Positions 46,184-58,985 of a stretch of DNA of 64,000 nt are shown here, one piece after another. The notes beneath the pieces were generated by a model. The model was not told the DNA's origin, made no database searches, and worked only from the letters and a program-made list of their open reading frames with translations. Both the position numbers and the translations under genes were made by a program. This stretch comes from Kofleriaceae bacterium (lineage in GTDB: Bacteria; Myxococcota_A; Polyangia; Haliangiales; Haliangiaceae). The stretch lies in assembly GCA_020633495.1 (NCBI GenBank), contig JACKDR010000001.1, positions 374,105 through 438,104 of the forward strand. The letters run 5' to 3'. Positions within the stretch are counted from its first letter, which is position 1. Each line of letters starts with the position of its first letter.

Positions 46184-47604
46184 GCCCGTCCCCTGCCCCG
46201 TCCGGCGCCGCGCCGGTGGTCGTGCCCGTCGTCGTGATCGACGTCGTCGGGCTAACTCCCGACCTGTTGCCGCACATGCCCCGGCTGTCGGCGTTCGCGC
46301 GCGACGGCTGGCAGGCGCCGCTGGGCACGGTGCTGCCGGCGGTGACCTGCTCGGCGCAGTCGACCTTCCTCACCGGCGCGCCGCCCACCGAGCACGGCGT
46401 CGTCGGCAACGGCTGGTTCTTCCGCGAGCTGTCCGAGGTCTTCCTGTGGCGGCAGTCGAACCGCCTGGTCGGCGGCGACAAGGTGTGGGACGCGGCGCGG
46501 CGCCTGCTCGGCACCGCCGAGCGCCCGATCACCTGCGCCAACCTGTTCTGGTGGTACGCGATGGGCGCGTCGACCGACGTCTGCGTGACGCCGCGGCCGG
46601 TCTACCACGCCGACGGCCGCAAGGGCCCGGGCGTCTACACCCGGCCGGCCGCGCTCGGCGGCGAGCTGGCGCGGCGGCTCGGCGAGTTCCCGCTGTTCGA
46701 CTTCTGGGGGCCGCGCGCCGGGCTGCCGTCGTCGAAGTGGATCGCCGACGCCGCCCGCTGGGTCTTCGACCAGCAGCGCCCCGACCTGACGCTGGTGTAC
46801 CTGCCGCACCTCGACTACGACCTGCAGCGCTTCGGCTCGCGCGGCGCCGAGGCCCGCGCCGCCGCCGCCGCGATCGACGAGATCGCGGGCGCGCTGATCG
46901 ACCACGTGCGCGGCGCCGGCGCCACCGTGCTGGTGCTGTCGGAGTACGGCATCACCGACGTCAGCCGGCCGGTCCACGTCAACCGCCGGCTGCGCGAGGC
47001 CGGCCTGCTCGAGGTCGCGTTCAACCCCGCCGGCGAGCTGCTCGACACCTTCGCGTCGCGGGCGTTCGCGGTCGCCGATCACCAGGTCGCGCACGTCTAC
47101 GTCAACGACCCGGCCGACCTGGCCGCGACGCGCGCCGCGCTCGCCGACCTGCCCGGCGTCGCCGAGATCCTCGACGACGACGGCAAGCGCGCCGCCGGGC
47201 TGGCGCACCCGCGCGCCGGCGACCTGGTGCTGGTCGCCGAGCCCGACGCCTGGTTCACCTACTACTACTGGCTCGACGACGCGCGCGCGCCCGACTTCGC
47301 GCCCACCGTCGAGATCCACCGCAAGCCCGGCTACGATCCGGCCGAGCTGCTGTTCGACGGCGGCGCCGCCAAGGCGCGCGCCGCGCTGCGCCTGGCCCAG
47401 AAGGCGCTCGGCTTCCGCTACTCGATGGACGTGATCCCGCTCGACGCCTCGGGCGTGCGCGGCTCGCACGGCCGGCTGCCGGCGCGCGACGAGGACGGCC
47501 CGGTGCTGCTGTGCAGCGACCCGCGGTTCGCCCGCGACCGCGTCGAGGCGACCGAGGTCAAGGGCTTGATCCTCGACCTCATGGGCGCCGACGGCCGGCG
47601 GTAG
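46180..47604 (+). CDS. eboF: Alkaline phosphatase / nucleotide pyrophosphatase-phosphodiesterase family protein (EboF).
   Basis: ATGA overlap with eboE. Motifs VIDVVGLTPD, TCSAQSTFLTG, LPHLDYDLQ. Confidence 0.75.
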   Translation: MSPSPAPSGAAPVVVPVVVIDVVGLTPDLLPHMPRLSAFARDGWQAPLGTVLPAVTCSAQSTFLTGAPPTEHGVVGNGWFFRELSEVFLWRQSNRLVGGDKVWDAARRLLGTAERPITCANLFWWYAMGASTDVCVTPRPVYHADGRKGPGVYTRPAALGGELARRLGEFPLFDFWGPRAGLPSSKWIADAARWVFDQQRPDLTLVYLPHLDYDLQRFGSRGAEARAAAAAIDEIAGALIDHVRGAGATVLVLSEYGITDVSRPVHVNRRLREAGLLEVAFNPAGELLDTFASRAFAVADHQVAHVYVNDPADLAATRAALADLPGVAEILDDDGKRAAGLAHPRAGDLVLVAEPDAWFTYYYWLDDARAPDFAPTVEIHRKPGYDPAELLFDGGAAKARAALRLAQKALGFRYSMDVIPLDASGVRGSHGRLPARDEDGPVLLCSDPRFARDRVEATEVKGLILDLMGADGRR

Positions 47605-47698
47605 CGGGCGCCGTCGGCGCCGGCGAGGCCGCCGACCTTGGTGGGCGCGGGGCCGCCGACCGCATCCAGTGCGCGCGCACCGGCGCGCCAGCGCGGCG

Positions 47699-49701
47699 CT
47701 ACAGCGCGACGCCGAGCCGGCGCGCCAGCCGGTACAGCGTGCTGCGCGCGATGCCCAGCTCGCGGGCCGCGGCGCTGACGTTGCCGCCGCTGGCGTCGAG
47801 GGCGCGCCGCAGCGCCTCGGCCTCGGCGCGATCGAGCGCCCCCGTGGTCGGCGTCGTCGGCCTGGCGCGGCGGCGCGCGCCAGGTCCGCCGGCAGGTGCG
47901 CCGCCGCGATCTCGATCGCGCCGGCGCCGCGGGCGGCGATCAGCGCCACCTCGAGCACCGACATCAGCTCGCGGACGTTGCCCGGCCAGGCGTGACGCGC
48001 CAGCAGCTCCTCGACCTCGGCCGACAGCGTCGGGGCCGGCCACCAGCCGGCGCGCTCGGCGCAGACCGCGAGCAGGCGGTGGGCGAGCGCGACCAGGTCG
48101 CGGCGATCGCGCAGCGCCGGCAGCCGCAGGATCGCGCCCTTGAGCCGGTAGTAGAGATCCTGGCGGAACGTGCCGCGCGCCACCGCGTCCTCGAGGTCGC
48201 GGCAGGTCGCGCAGATGACGCGGACGTCGCAGCGCTCGACGCGCGCGTCGCCGACCCGCTGGAACCGCCCCGACTCCAGGACCCGCAGCAGCGCCGCCTG
48301 CATCGCCAGCGACATCTCGGCGACCTCGTCGAGGAACAGCGTGCCGCCGCTGGCGGCGTGGAACAGGCCGGTGCGGCCCCGGCGATCGGCGCCGGTGAAC
48401 GCGGCCGGCGCGTAGCCGAACAGCTCGCTCTCCAGCAGCGTCGGCGCGACCGCGCCGCAGTTGATCGCCACGAACGGCCCCGGCGCCCGCGCGCTGGCGG
48501 CGTGGATGGCCTGGGCGAACAGCTCCTTGCCGGCGCCGGTCTCGGCCAGCACCATCACCGGCAGCTCGCTGCGCGCGACCAGCCGCGCCCACGCGATCGC
48601 CTCGAGCAGGCGCGGGTCCTCGGCGAAGATCGGCGCGAACGCGTCGCTCGGCGGCGGCGGCGGCGGCAGCGACCGCGCCGCCACGACCTCACCGCCGGCG
48701 CCCCCGCGCGCCGTCACCACCGGCGCGGCCTCGAGGTACGCGATCACCGCGAGCGGCCCGCCGGTGGCGCCCATGACCGGCTCGGCGTGGAGGCGGAACC
48801 GCCAGGCCCCGGCCGCGGTCGGCCGCGCCAGCGCGCGCCCGCCGGGCGTCGGCGCCATCGCCTCGTCGACCAGCGCCGCCCAGTCGAGGCCGAGCAGCGC
48901 CCGCACCGGGCCGCCGGCGGCGACCCCACCGAGCGCGATCCGCGCCGGCGCGTTCATGCGCGCGACCCGCCCCGGCGCCTCGATCAGCAGGGCCGGCGAG
49001 GTGGCGCGATCCAGCGACCGCGCCAGCACCCGCAGCACCGAGCCGCCGGCGGTGGCGTAGGCCTGCAGGCGCAGCAGCTCGGTCAGGACCTCGGCGGCGC
49101 CGAACACCGCGGCGCCGACCTCGTCGGACGCGTGATCGACGCGCGAGGTGGCGTCGAGGACGCCGACGACACGGCCGTGCAGGTCGAGGATCGGCGCGGC
49201 GTAGCAGGCCAGCTGGTGGTAGCTGGCGGCGAAGTGGGCGCGGCCGAGCACGACCGTGGGCCGCCGCTCCGACGCCGCGGTGCCGATCGCGTTGGTGCCG
49301 CGCGCGGCCTCGCTCCACGCCGCACCCTCGATCAGGCGGACCCGCCGGGCCTCGTCGCGGAACTCGCCGCCGCCGTCGCTGCGCACGACGACGCCGTCGG
49401 CGTCGGCCAGCAGCAGCACGAAGTCGTGGGCCGAGACCTGGCCGGCGGCGCGCGCCAGCGCGACCGAGCCGAGCGACTGGACGACGTCGACGTGCTCGGC
49501 GTGGAGCCGGAACGCCTCGCCGCGGATCAGCGCGTCGTCGATGGGATCGCCGCGCCACGACGCGCCGAGCCGCTGCGACCGGCTCCAGCGCTCGACGTGG
49601 CGCTCGGGCGCGACCGCGCGGCGGTGCGACCGTCCCTCGTGGAACGCCCGCCACGTGGCCTCCGGGACGTCCTCGAGGACCAGGGCGTCGGTGCCTCCCA
49701 T
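47699..49701 (-). CDS. AcoR-like sigma-54-dependent activator (GAF sensor, AAA+ domain, Fis-type HTH) with an apparent frameshift in the linker (about 47840-47880).
   Basis: AAA+ motifs (ETGAGKE, GAFTGA, ESELFGY). The C-terminal HTH (GNVSAAARELGIARSTLYRLARRLG) is in a second frame (ORF 47699-48592). Confidence 0.65.
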
Positions 49702-49905
49702 GCGGACAAGTTGCAGCGGAAACGCGGTGATCACAAGCCTGACGCCTCGACCGTCGCGGCCCGCGACAGCCGCTGTCGCGGATCGCTCCACCGTGACGCG
49801 CCGAGTCGGGCGGCAAGTGCGCGGGACGGCGCGATCGCGGGGCCGCACGCGGCGCTGGCGCGCGACGTGAACTGACGACGGGCTCAACCCCAGGAGGCAT
49901 CGACG

Positions 49906-51426
<1,521 letters not shown>

Positions 51427-51442
51427 GCCGGGTGGTGACCCG

Positions 51443-51829
51443 GTGAGCGATCCGGATCAGGACGCCGTCGCGGGCGGCGCCGACGCGACGGTGGCCCCCC
51501 CGCCGGGCGTCGACGCCACCGCGGCGGCGCTCGACCTGGTGCGCGCGCTGATCGAGGAGCACGGCCCGCTGATGTTCCACCAGTCGGGCGGCTGCTGCGA
51601 CGGCAGCGCGCCGATGTGCTACCCGCTCGGCGAGTTCCGCCTCGGCGCCCGCGATGTCCAGCTCGGCACGATCGCGGGCTGCCCGTTCTACATCGGCGGC
51701 GACCAGTACGAGCGGTGGAAGCACACGCGCCTGCTGATCGACGTCGTCCCCGGCCGCGGCGCCGGCTTCTCGCTCGAGGTGCCGCGCGGCGTGCGGTTCG
51801 TGATCCGCTCCGAGCTGTGCGCGGTGTAG
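51443..51829 (+). CDS. DUF779-family protein (commonly paired with aldehyde dehydrogenases).
   Basis: GGCCDGSAPMCYP...GCPFY Cys pattern. Confidence 0.7.
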   Translation: MSDPDQDAVAGGADATVAPPPGVDATAAALDLVRALIEEHGPLMFHQSGGCCDGSAPMCYPLGEFRLGARDVQLGTIAGCPFYIGGDQYERWKHTRLLIDVVPGRGAGFSLEVPRGVRFVIRSELCAV

Positions 51830-52413
51830 CTCGGGGGACGGTGATCCGTGCGACGTGGCGCTCGGTGCCGACGTAGACGAAGACGTAGTCGCCCGGGCCC
51901 AGCGTCGCGGCTGCGCCGAGAAGCTGCAGGTGGAGCGCGTCGGAGAGGGGCGCCACCTGGATCCCGCTGAGGTCCGGCTGGCCGGCGCGGCCGAAGCGCG
52001 ACAGCCGCAAGCCATCTGCCTCGTAGATCGCGACGCTCGAGCTCCCCTCGACGGCGATCGCGGCGGCGAGCACCGTCACACCGGTCGGGTCGCCGACGGC
52101 GCCCACGATGCTCACCGGGCTTGTCCCCCGCGTCCCACAGGTCGTCCTGGTCGAGGGGCTCGCCGTCAGCCCCGAAGCGCCAGCGATGCACGACGCCGCG
52201 CCTCGGGGCGATCACGACGTAGGCCCTGCCGTCCCAGACGAGCGTCGGTGGGAACTGGTGGTCCGTACCGTCGAGGCGGGTGCAGCCCGCGGCGACGATG
52301 CCCATGTCCCGATCGACGACGCAGAAGCGTCCCGGAGCCGCTACAGCCGATGAGCAGCGCCGCGAAGCACCACCACCGCAGGCCGGGCATCAGCGCGAAC
52401 GCTCGGGCAACAG
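51830..52413 (-). pseudogene. Lipoprotein gene broken into three frames.
   Basis: Lipobox (MPGLRWWCFAALLIGCSG) in ORF 52166-53368. Coding-like pieces are in ORFs 51688-52305 and 51366-52115. Confidence 0.3.
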
Positions 52414-52485
52414 CCAAGACCTTCGGAGATGGTGCCATGGTCGGCGTACATCCGCCCAGGTGACCGTCGCCCCGGGGCGCGCGGT

Positions 52486-53196
52486 TCACCCTGCCCCGGG
52501 ACGCTCCCAGGGTGACACCTTGCGGTGGCGCTTCCAGCCGGTGGTGAGCAGCCACGTCGTCGGGAACGCGACCGGCAGGATCTCGGCGTCGGGGCGCAGC
52601 CGCGTCACGACGGGGCCGTCCGCCCAGCCGTCCCAGTGCGCGCCGGTCGCGTACGGATCGAGCCGTCCGGGGCGGGCGCCGCGGTCGGCGCCGTGGCGGC
52701 GCCAGGTGTTGAGGACGTAGGCGAGGGCGTGACGTGCTTGCCTGGGGCTGGTGATGACGCGCGGGTGGTAGCGGTCGGCGAAGACCTGGCCGCGGCGGCG
52801 GGCGCCGGTGCGACGGCCGATGGCGCGGTTGATGTGCTTGGCCGCGGAGATCTGGAGGCCTTGCATGCCGCGCGCGAGCGCGGTCGCGTTCGTGGCCTCG
52901 ACGACGAGGTGGATGTGGTTGCCCTGGATCGACAGGTGCACGACCCGGAAGTCGTCGCGGCGGAGCGAGGTGATCAGCGCGCGGCGCATGGCGCGGTAGA
53001 CGTCGCGGCGACGCAGGCGACCGAGGCCCTCGACCACGCGCAGCGTGACGTGGACCGGGTGTTCCTTGCGCAGGGGCGCGCGCGCCTCGTGACGCTCGCT
53101 GGCGCGCGGTCCGCGCGGGGGTCGCCCGGCGCCGGGCCGGCGACCACCTCGTGGATCGCCGAATCGCAGCTGTCCCTGTCGTCTCGAGGTGGCCAT
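52486..53196 (-). mobile_element. Y1 (HUH) transposase of the IS200/IS605 TnpA / REP-associated tyrosine transposase type.
   Basis: HxH motif (NHIHLVV) and catalytic Tyr context (ADRYHPRVI). R/G-rich N-terminal extension. Confidence 0.68.
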
Positions 53197-53267
53197 TTTG
53201 ATTTCGCCGATATTTATCAGAGAGGGCTGACATTCGGTCTCCGTGACACCGCGACGCATCGTGTAGC

Positions 53268-53432
53268 AGCGCGTCGCGGGTCGTGCGTCGCGGGTCGTGC
53301 GTCGCGGGTCGCGGGTCGCGGGTCGCGGGTCGCGGATCGTGCGCCGCGGGTGGTGCGTCGCGGGTCACCGCGCCGCGGGGCGTACGTCGCGGGTCACCGC
53401 GTCGCGTACGTCGCGGGTCACCGCGTCGCGAA
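53268..53432. repeat. Tandem array of GTCGCGGG / GTCGCGGGTCGTGC-type short repeats (REP-like) immediately 5' of the Y1 transposase.
   Basis: About 12 copies of the 8-mer core, seen directly. Confidence 0.7.
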
Positions 53433-54035
53433 CGTCATCGGTCCCGGGTAGCCGTTGCCACGCGGGATCTCGACGACGAGCTGCGCGGCGTCGCCCCACC
53501 AGCGCTCGTCGTCGTCGCAGGTCGCGTCGGCGATCACGGGCAGCCCGCGGGTGGCGGCCCGTGACGCGCCGTGAGCGCCGTCGACGATGTCGAAGCCGGC
53601 GGGGTGCGCGACCAGCGCGCGCCACAGGATCGCCTGGGTCAGCAGCTGGCGGCCGTCGCGCGCCGACGGCCGCGACACGCCCTCGACCATCGCCGCGCAG
53701 ACCCAGCCGCGGCCGGCGGCGTCGAGCGTGTAGATCGTGTCGTCGACGCCGAAGATCACCGGCACGAGGTCGCGCTCGTGGCCGGTGTACGGCCCGGCCG
53801 AGAAGCACCCGTACGGGCCGACGACCAGCGACGGCACCGCGGGGTCGGCCGCGGCGTCGAAGACGCGCAGGCCGCCGTACGCGGCCTCGAAGTCGAGCAC
53901 GGCGGCGTGCGCGGGGAAGCCACGGCCCTCCAGCAGCGCGGCGGCGGCCGCGCGGTCGGCACGGGCGCCGGCGCGGTCGGCGCGCTGGTCGGCCAGCCAG
54001 CGGAGCACCAGGGGCGGCAGGTCGAGCTCGAGCAT
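53418..54035 (-). CDS. Hypothetical protein.
   Basis: 205-aa ORF with high GC3 and no recognisable motif. Confidence 0.4.
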   Translation of the reverse strand: MLELDLPPLVLRWLADQRADRAGARADRAAAAALLEGRGFPAHAAVLDFEAAYGGLRVFDAAADPAVPSLVVGPYGCFSAGPYTGHERDLVPVIFGVDDTIYTLDAAGRGWVCAAMVEGVSRPSARDGRQLLTQAILWRALVAHPAGFDIVDGAHGASRAATRGLPVIADATCDDDERWWGDAAQLVVEIPRGNGYPGPMTFATR

Positions 54036-54062
54036 CGGCGGCCTCGGGGCGCGGCGCGCCGG

Positions 54063-54896
54063 CTACGCCAGCGCCGGCGCCACGAACTCGAACGCGCGGC
54101 GGGCGATGCGCGCGGCGTCGTGGGAGTGGCGCGACAGCTCGAACGTCGCCGGGCCGGCGTAGCCGGTGGCGCGCAGGGCGCGGACCACGCCGACGACGTC
54201 GAGGTCGCCGTCCCACGGCACCAGGTGATCGTGGTCGGGGCGGCGCATGCCCTCGACGTGGACGTTGACGATGTCGTCGGCCCACGCCCGCACGGTGGCG
54301 TCGGCGCCGGCGGCCTCGGTGAGGTGGGCGTGGCCGACGTCGAGGGTCAGCCGCAGCGCCGGGTCGTCGACCCGGGCGCGGATCCGCGCGAACGCCGCCA
54401 TGTCCTCGACGTACATGCCGGGCTCGGGCTCGAAACCGACGACGACGCCGGCGTCGCGGGCCCGGCCGCACACGGCGCGCAGGCCGTCGGCGAGGCGGGC
54501 GTCGAGCGCGTCCTGCCCGGGGGCGTCGTCGGCCGCGCCCGACCACAGCGACACCACCGGCGCGCCGATCGCCGCCGCCGCCGCGATCGCCCGGCCCAGG
54601 AAGTCGACGCGGACCGCGCGCTCGGCGGGATCCTCGGACAGCAAGGTCGGCCGGTGCTTGCGCCGCGGGTCGAGCAGGAAGCGGGCGCCGGTCTCGATCA
54701 CCGGCACCAGGTCGAGGTCGCGGCACGCCGCCGCCACCTCGCGCAGCTCGGCGGCGTGGCCGGGCGCGAACGGATCGAGGTGGTGGACGTCGAGCGTGAT
54801 CGCCACCGACCGGTAGCCGACCTCGGCGATCACCGCCAGCGCGTCGGGCAGGCGGTGGTGGGCGAAGCCGTTGGTGTTGTAGCCGAGCCGCATCAC
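54063..54896 (-). CDS. Sugar phosphate isomerase/epimerase (xylose-isomerase-like TIM barrel).
   Basis: Family hallmarks GYNTNGF, VGFEPEPGM, LDVGHAHL. Confidence 0.75.
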   Translation of the reverse strand: MMRLGYNTNGFAHHRLPDALAVIAEVGYRSVAITLDVHHLDPFAPGHAAELREVAAACRDLDLVPVIETGARFLLDPRRKHRPTLLSEDPAERAVRVDFLGRAIAAAAAIGAPVVSLWSGAADDAPGQDALDARLADGLRAVCGRARDAGVVVGFEPEPGMYVEDMAAFARIRARVDDPALRLTLDVGHAHLTEAAGADATVRAWADDIVNVHVEGMRRPDHDHLVPWDGDLDVVGVVRALRATGYAGPATFELSRHSHDAARIARRAFEFVAPALA

Positions 54897-54905
54897 GCCC
54901 CGCGC

Positions 54906-55796
54906 TCAGGTCGGCGAGAAGAACTGCTTGAGCACCAGCGCCGGCACCGCCAGCAGCGCCACCGCGACCGCCCAGAACGGCGTGCCCGCCACCGCCGCGA
55001 TCGACGCGTCGATCACCGGGATCAGCAGGATGCCGCCGCCGATGGCCCGCCCCGTCGACGGCCCGTCGTGGCGCCGCCACAGCGGCGACCAGTTCTTGTA
55101 CGCCAGGGTCAGCGCGACCAGCACCCACGGCCACGCCCACGCGCTGCGCGGCACGCTCGGACACACGACCAGCCCGACGAGCACGCCGGCGCCGAGCACC
55201 GCCATGAAGGTCAGGCCGGTCCGCGCGCGTCGCGCGGTGTTGCCGTCGACCTCGTCGCGCGCGATGTAGGTCAGACCGGCGACGTAGAGCGCCAGCACGA
55301 TCGGCCCGGCCAGCGCGGCCACCGGCCAGCCACCGGCCCACGGCAGCCCGACCGAGATGCCGAGCGCGACGTCGAGGCCGCGGCACGCGCCCATCGCGAG
55401 CGGCCCCAGCTTGGTGTGCTTGAGGATCGTGTCGTAGGCGAGGATCGTCCCGGCCAGCACGGTCGCGACCACGGCCGGGGTCCGGCCCAGCGTCGCCGCG
55501 ATCGCGACGCCGGCGGCCATCAGACCGACCCCAAGCATCGCCGCGAAGCGCACCGAGATCTCGCCGCTCGGGATCGGCCGGGTCGGCCGCTCGCGGGCGT
55601 CGATGTCGCGATCGAAGACGTCGTTGAGGACGATGCCCGACAGGTACAGGCACGCCGACGCGATCAGCACCGCGGTGGCGCGATCCGGGACCTCGATGCC
55701 GAGGCCCCACAGGACCAGCAGGCCGGCCAGGGCGTCGGCCATCGCGGTGAAGACGTTGGGCGGCCGGATCAGCCGCAGCAGCGCGCCCACGTTCAC
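54906..55796 (-). CDS. UbiA-family prenyltransferase (candidate EboC equivalent).
   Basis: Asp-rich motif (NDVFDRDIDA). 8-9 TM. GTG start overlaps the upstream stop (GTGA). Confidence 0.75.
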   Translation of the reverse strand: MNVGALLRLIRPPNVFTAMADALAGLLVLWGLGIEVPDRATAVLIASACLYLSGIVLNDVFDRDIDARERPTRPIPSGEISVRFAAMLGVGLMAAGVAIAATLGRTPAVVATVLAGTILAYDTILKHTKLGPLAMGACRGLDVALGISVGLPWAGGWPVAALAGPIVLALYVAGLTYIARDEVDGNTARRARTGLTFMAVLGAGVLVGLVVCPSVPRSAWAWPWVLVALTLAYKNWSPLWRRHDGPSTGRAIGGGILLIPVIDASIAAVAGTPFWAVAVALLAVPALVLKQFFSPT

Positions 55797-56965
55797 GGCG
55801 CGGCCTCGACGGCGAGGTCGGCGCCGATCACCGGCAGCAGGTGGCCGATCAGCGCCAGCCACTGCAGCTCGAGGCGGTGCTCGCTCGAGCCGATCGGGTT
55901 CTTGAAGAAGACCGCGAGGTGGGCGAGCACGCCGCGCTCGCCCTGGCGCTGGGCCAGGGCGGCGAGCCGGATCAGATCGATGCACAAGGGCGCCGCCAGC
56001 GAGGTGTCGCTGCCGCGCCAGGTCAGCTCGAGCGTCATCTGCGCGCCGCCGAAACCCTCGAAGCAGATGCGGTCCCACGCGACCTTCCAGTCGCCGTAGC
56101 TGGGGACGTAGTCGATGCCGACCCGGCTCTCCGGGGCGTAGCCGAGGATCGCCGCCAGCGACGCGCCCTTGGAGTGCTGCTTGGCGGCGCGCGGCCCGGG
56201 ATCGTCGAGGGCGCGGCCGTCGTCGTTGCCGAGGATGTTGTGGCTGACCCAGCTGTTCACCTGGAGCCGGCGGATCGCGAACATCGGCGCCAGCGCGGTC
56301 TTGATCAGGGTCTGGCCGGTCTTGCCGTCGGAGCCGGCGTGGACCGCGCCGCGCGCCAGCGCCAGCGCGTGCAGCGCCGGCAGGTCGCTGCCGGTCGACG
56401 GCGTGAAGTTGACGTAGGCCAGGCCGAGGTCGAGCGCCGCGGCCGCGTAGATCGCGCTGGCCGGCAGGCGCAGGCCGCCGCGCAGCGCCTCGAACAGGCC
56501 GTCGGGCGTGGCCGGCACCTGCTCGAGGCCGTCGGGGCGCGCCTCGGTCGAGGCGACGTTGAGGACGACGACGTGGGCGCAGCCGTGGCGGTCGCGGAAC
56601 CGGGCCAGGTCACCGCGCACCCGCTCGAACGCGTCCCAGCCGACCAGCCCGGTGACGCCGCGGCACACCTCGGCGGCGGTGGCGGCCAGCGCGGCGCGCA
56701 CCGGCGCGGCCTCGACCACGGCGGCGGGCAGGATGCCCTCGGCGACCAGGCCGCGGACCGCGTCGGCGACGCTGCGGCCGCCGATCTCGTGGCCACCGAA
56801 GACGACGTCGTCGAGCGGCGCCAGCGGCAGCTCCGACAGCGGCGGCGCGGCGGTCACCAGCCCGGTGGGGGGCAACAGCTCGGCGCGCACCGCCGCCCAC
56901 CCGGCGATGGTGCAGGCGCCGACGTTGCCGGCGGGGCCGATGACCCAGACTCCCAGTGCGACCAT
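55793..56965 (-). CDS. myo-Inositol-1-phosphate synthase family protein (inositol-3-phosphate synthase-like sugar-phosphate cyclase).
   Basis: N-terminal Rossmann ([17 protein letters not shown]) and conserved [12 protein letters not shown] region. Confidence 0.72.
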   Translation of the reverse strand: MVALGVWVIGPAGNVGACTIAGWAAVRAELLPPTGLVTAAPPLSELPLAPLDDVVFGGHEIGGRSVADAVRGLVAEGILPAAVVEAAPVRAALAATAAEVCRGVTGLVGWDAFERVRGDLARFRDRHGCAHVVVLNVASTEARPDGLEQVPATPDGLFEALRGGLRLPASAIYAAAALDLGLAYVNFTPSTGSDLPALHALALARGAVHAGSDGKTGQTLIKTALAPMFAIRRLQVNSWVSHNILGNDDGRALDDPGPRAAKQHSKGASLAAILGYAPESRVGIDYVPSYGDWKVAWDRICFEGFGGAQMTLELTWRGSDTSLAAPLCIDLIRLAALAQRQGERGVLAHLAVFFKNPIGSSEHRLELQWLALIGHLLPVIGADLAVEAAP

Positions 56966-57012
56966 GTCGGCGCAGCATATCCCCTCGCGGGAGTGGGTGG
57001 TAGCGTGGGACC

Positions 57013-58104
57013 GTGCGTCTCGCCGTCGCGCTCGCCTTCGCGATCGTCGTCGCGCCGGCCCGCGCCGGCGCCTCGGTGGACTTCGCACCGGTGCCGCCGC
57101 GGCCGGGCGCCGTGCCCCACCTGCTCTACGTCGACCGCTGCCCGCAGGGCTGCGCGATCGGCGCCGGCGACGACGACGCCCGCGCCGACACCTCGTCGGT
57201 GACCTCGGCGGGCACGCTGACCGCCCTGCCCCGCCTCGACCTGGCGTGGGCCAGCCTGCTGCTGTGCCTCGACGACACCTTCGCGCCCTACGGCCTCGAG
57301 GTCGTCACCGAGGAGCCGGCGGCGACCGCCGACTACGTCGAGATCAAGATCGCCGGCCTGCCCGGGGATCTGGGGCTGGCCGCCGAGCGCCGCTCGATCG
57401 CGCCGATCGCCAGCGACTGCACGCCGCTCGATCACGGCCTCGGCTTCGTCTTCGGCAGCCTCTGGGATCTGACCGACATCGTCGACGCGCCGGTCGACCT
57501 CTGCGGCGAGGTCGGCCACGTCGCCGGCCACCTGCTCGGCCTCGATCACGTGCTCGAGGCCGGCGATCCGATGGCGGCGGCCGGCGGCGGCCGGCGCCGC
57601 TTCGTCGACGGCCCGGTCGACTGCGGCGAGGACGGGCTGCCGCGGGCGTGCCTGTGCCGCGACAGCCGCCAGGACGACCACGGGCTGCTGGTCGGGCGGC
57701 TCGGCGTCGGCGCCGGCGAGCCGCCGCCGCACCTGACGTTCGTGACGCCGGGCGACGGCGACACCGTGCGCGCCACCGTGACGCTCGAGGTCGAGGTCGA
57801 CACCGCGCGTCCGGTCGATCACCTCGAGCTGTGGCGCGACGGTCGCCTGCTCGCGCCCCTGCCCGGCGGCGACGCCGGCGGTCGCTACACGATGCGTTGG
57901 GTGCCGGATCACCTCGTCGGCGATCACCGGCTCGAGGTCCGCGCCGTCGACGACCGCGGCGACCAGGGACGCGCGGCGATCGAGGTCTACTGGGCCGACG
58001 ACGCGCTGTGCACGACGGGCGGCCCGGCGACCCTGGCCCCGACCGCGCTGCTGCTGCCGCTGCTGCTGCGACGCCGGCGCCGCGGCGCGCGGAGCCGGCC
58101 ATGA
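57013..58104 (+). CDS. Secreted metzincin-like protein with MYXO-CTERM. The zinc motif reads [11 protein letters not shown], i.e. catalytic Glu replaced by Val.
   Basis: Signal peptide. Metzincin-type HExxHxxGxxH alignment with E to V. C-terminal [26 protein letters not shown]. Confidence 0.58.
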   Translation: MRLAVALAFAIVVAPARAGASVDFAPVPPRPGAVPHLLYVDRCPQGCAIGAGDDDARADTSSVTSAGTLTALPRLDLAWASLLLCLDDTFAPYGLEVVTEEPAATADYVEIKIAGLPGDLGLAAERRSIAPIASDCTPLDHGLGFVFGSLWDLTDIVDAPVDLCGEVGHVAGHLLGLDHVLEAGDPMAAAGGGRRRFVDGPVDCGEDGLPRACLCRDSRQDDHGLLVGRLGVGAGEPPPHLTFVTPGDGDTVRATVTLEVEVDTARPVDHLELWRDGRLLAPLPGGDAGGRYTMRWVPDHLVGDHRLEVRAVDDRGDQGRAAIEVYWADDALCTTGGPATLAPTALLLPLLLRRRRRGARSRP

Positions 58105-58946
58105 TCGACGACCTCGCCGCGATGCTCGCCGACCGCCGCGTCGTCGCGCTCACCGGCGCCGGATGCTCGACCGAGTCGGGGATCCCCGACTATCGCGGCC
58201 CCGGCGCGACGACGCCGCGGCGGCCGCCGATCCAGTACCGCGAGTTCATGGATCGCCCCGACGGCCGGCGCCGCTACTGGGCCCGCGCGGTGCTGGGCTG
58301 GCCGCGGATCCGCGACGCCACGCCCAACCCGGCGCACCGCGCGCTCGCCGGGCTCGAGCGCCGCGGCGCGCTCGCCGGCCTGATCACCCAGAACGTCGAC
58401 GGCCTGCACGGCGCCGCCGGCAGCCGGCGCGTCGTCGAGCTGCACGGCGCGCTCGCCCTGGTCCGCTGCACCGGCTGCGGCGCGCGCACCCCGCGCGCCG
58501 ACCTGCAGCGCCGCCTGCTCGACGCCAACCCCGGCTGGCTCGAGGTCGGCGACCGCGCCGCCGCCGCGGCGCCCGACGGCGACGCCCAGCTCCCCGACGA
58601 CGCGGTCGCCGGCTTCGTCGTGGTCGCGTGCGAGGCCTGCGGCGGCGTGCTCAAGCCCGACGTCGTGTTCTTCGGCGAGAACGTGCCCCGCGACACCACC
58701 GACGCGGCGTGGGCGCTGTTCGATCGCGCCGAGGTGCTGCTGGTGGTGGGCTCGTCGCTGACCGTGTTCTCCGGCTACCGCTTCGTGCGCCGCGCCGCCG
58801 AGCGCGGCGTGCCGGTCGCGATCGTCAACCGCGGCCCGACCCGCGGCGACGACGCCGCGCAGGTGCGCGTCGACGGCCTCGCCGGCGAGGTCCTGCCCGC
58901 GCTGGCCGCGGCGCTGGGCGGCCCGCGCCCCGACATCACTCGGTAA
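58101..58946 (+). CDS. Sir2-family NAD-dependent protein deacylase.
   Basis: Motifs [22 protein letters not shown]. Zn ribbon (CTGCG...CEACGG). Confidence 0.8.
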   Translation: MIDDLAAMLADRRVVALTGAGCSTESGIPDYRGPGATTPRRPPIQYREFMDRPDGRRRYWARAVLGWPRIRDATPNPAHRALAGLERRGALAGLITQNVDGLHGAAGSRRVVELHGALALVRCTGCGARTPRADLQRRLLDANPGWLEVGDRAAAAAPDGDAQLPDDAVAGFVVVACEACGGVLKPDVVFFGENVPRDTTDAAWALFDRAEVLLVVGSSLTVFSGYRFVRRAAERGVPVAIVNRGPTRGDDAAQVRVDGLAGEVLPALAAALGGPRPDITR

Positions 58947-58985
58947 TGCGCCGCGTCAGCCGTCGCGGTTGCGCGCGCGGCGGGA

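Noticed and set aside
53268-53432. Possible CRISPR array
   Set aside because: Units are only 8-14 bp and are directly abutting without spacers. This is a simple tandem (REP-like) array next to a Y1 transposase, not repeat-spacer architecture.
53365-55710. 781-aa minus-strand ORF and the 842-aa plus-strand ORF 53571-56099
   Set aside because: Alternative and antisense frames over the TIM-barrel / UbiA / MIPS genes. R/G-rich with no motifs.
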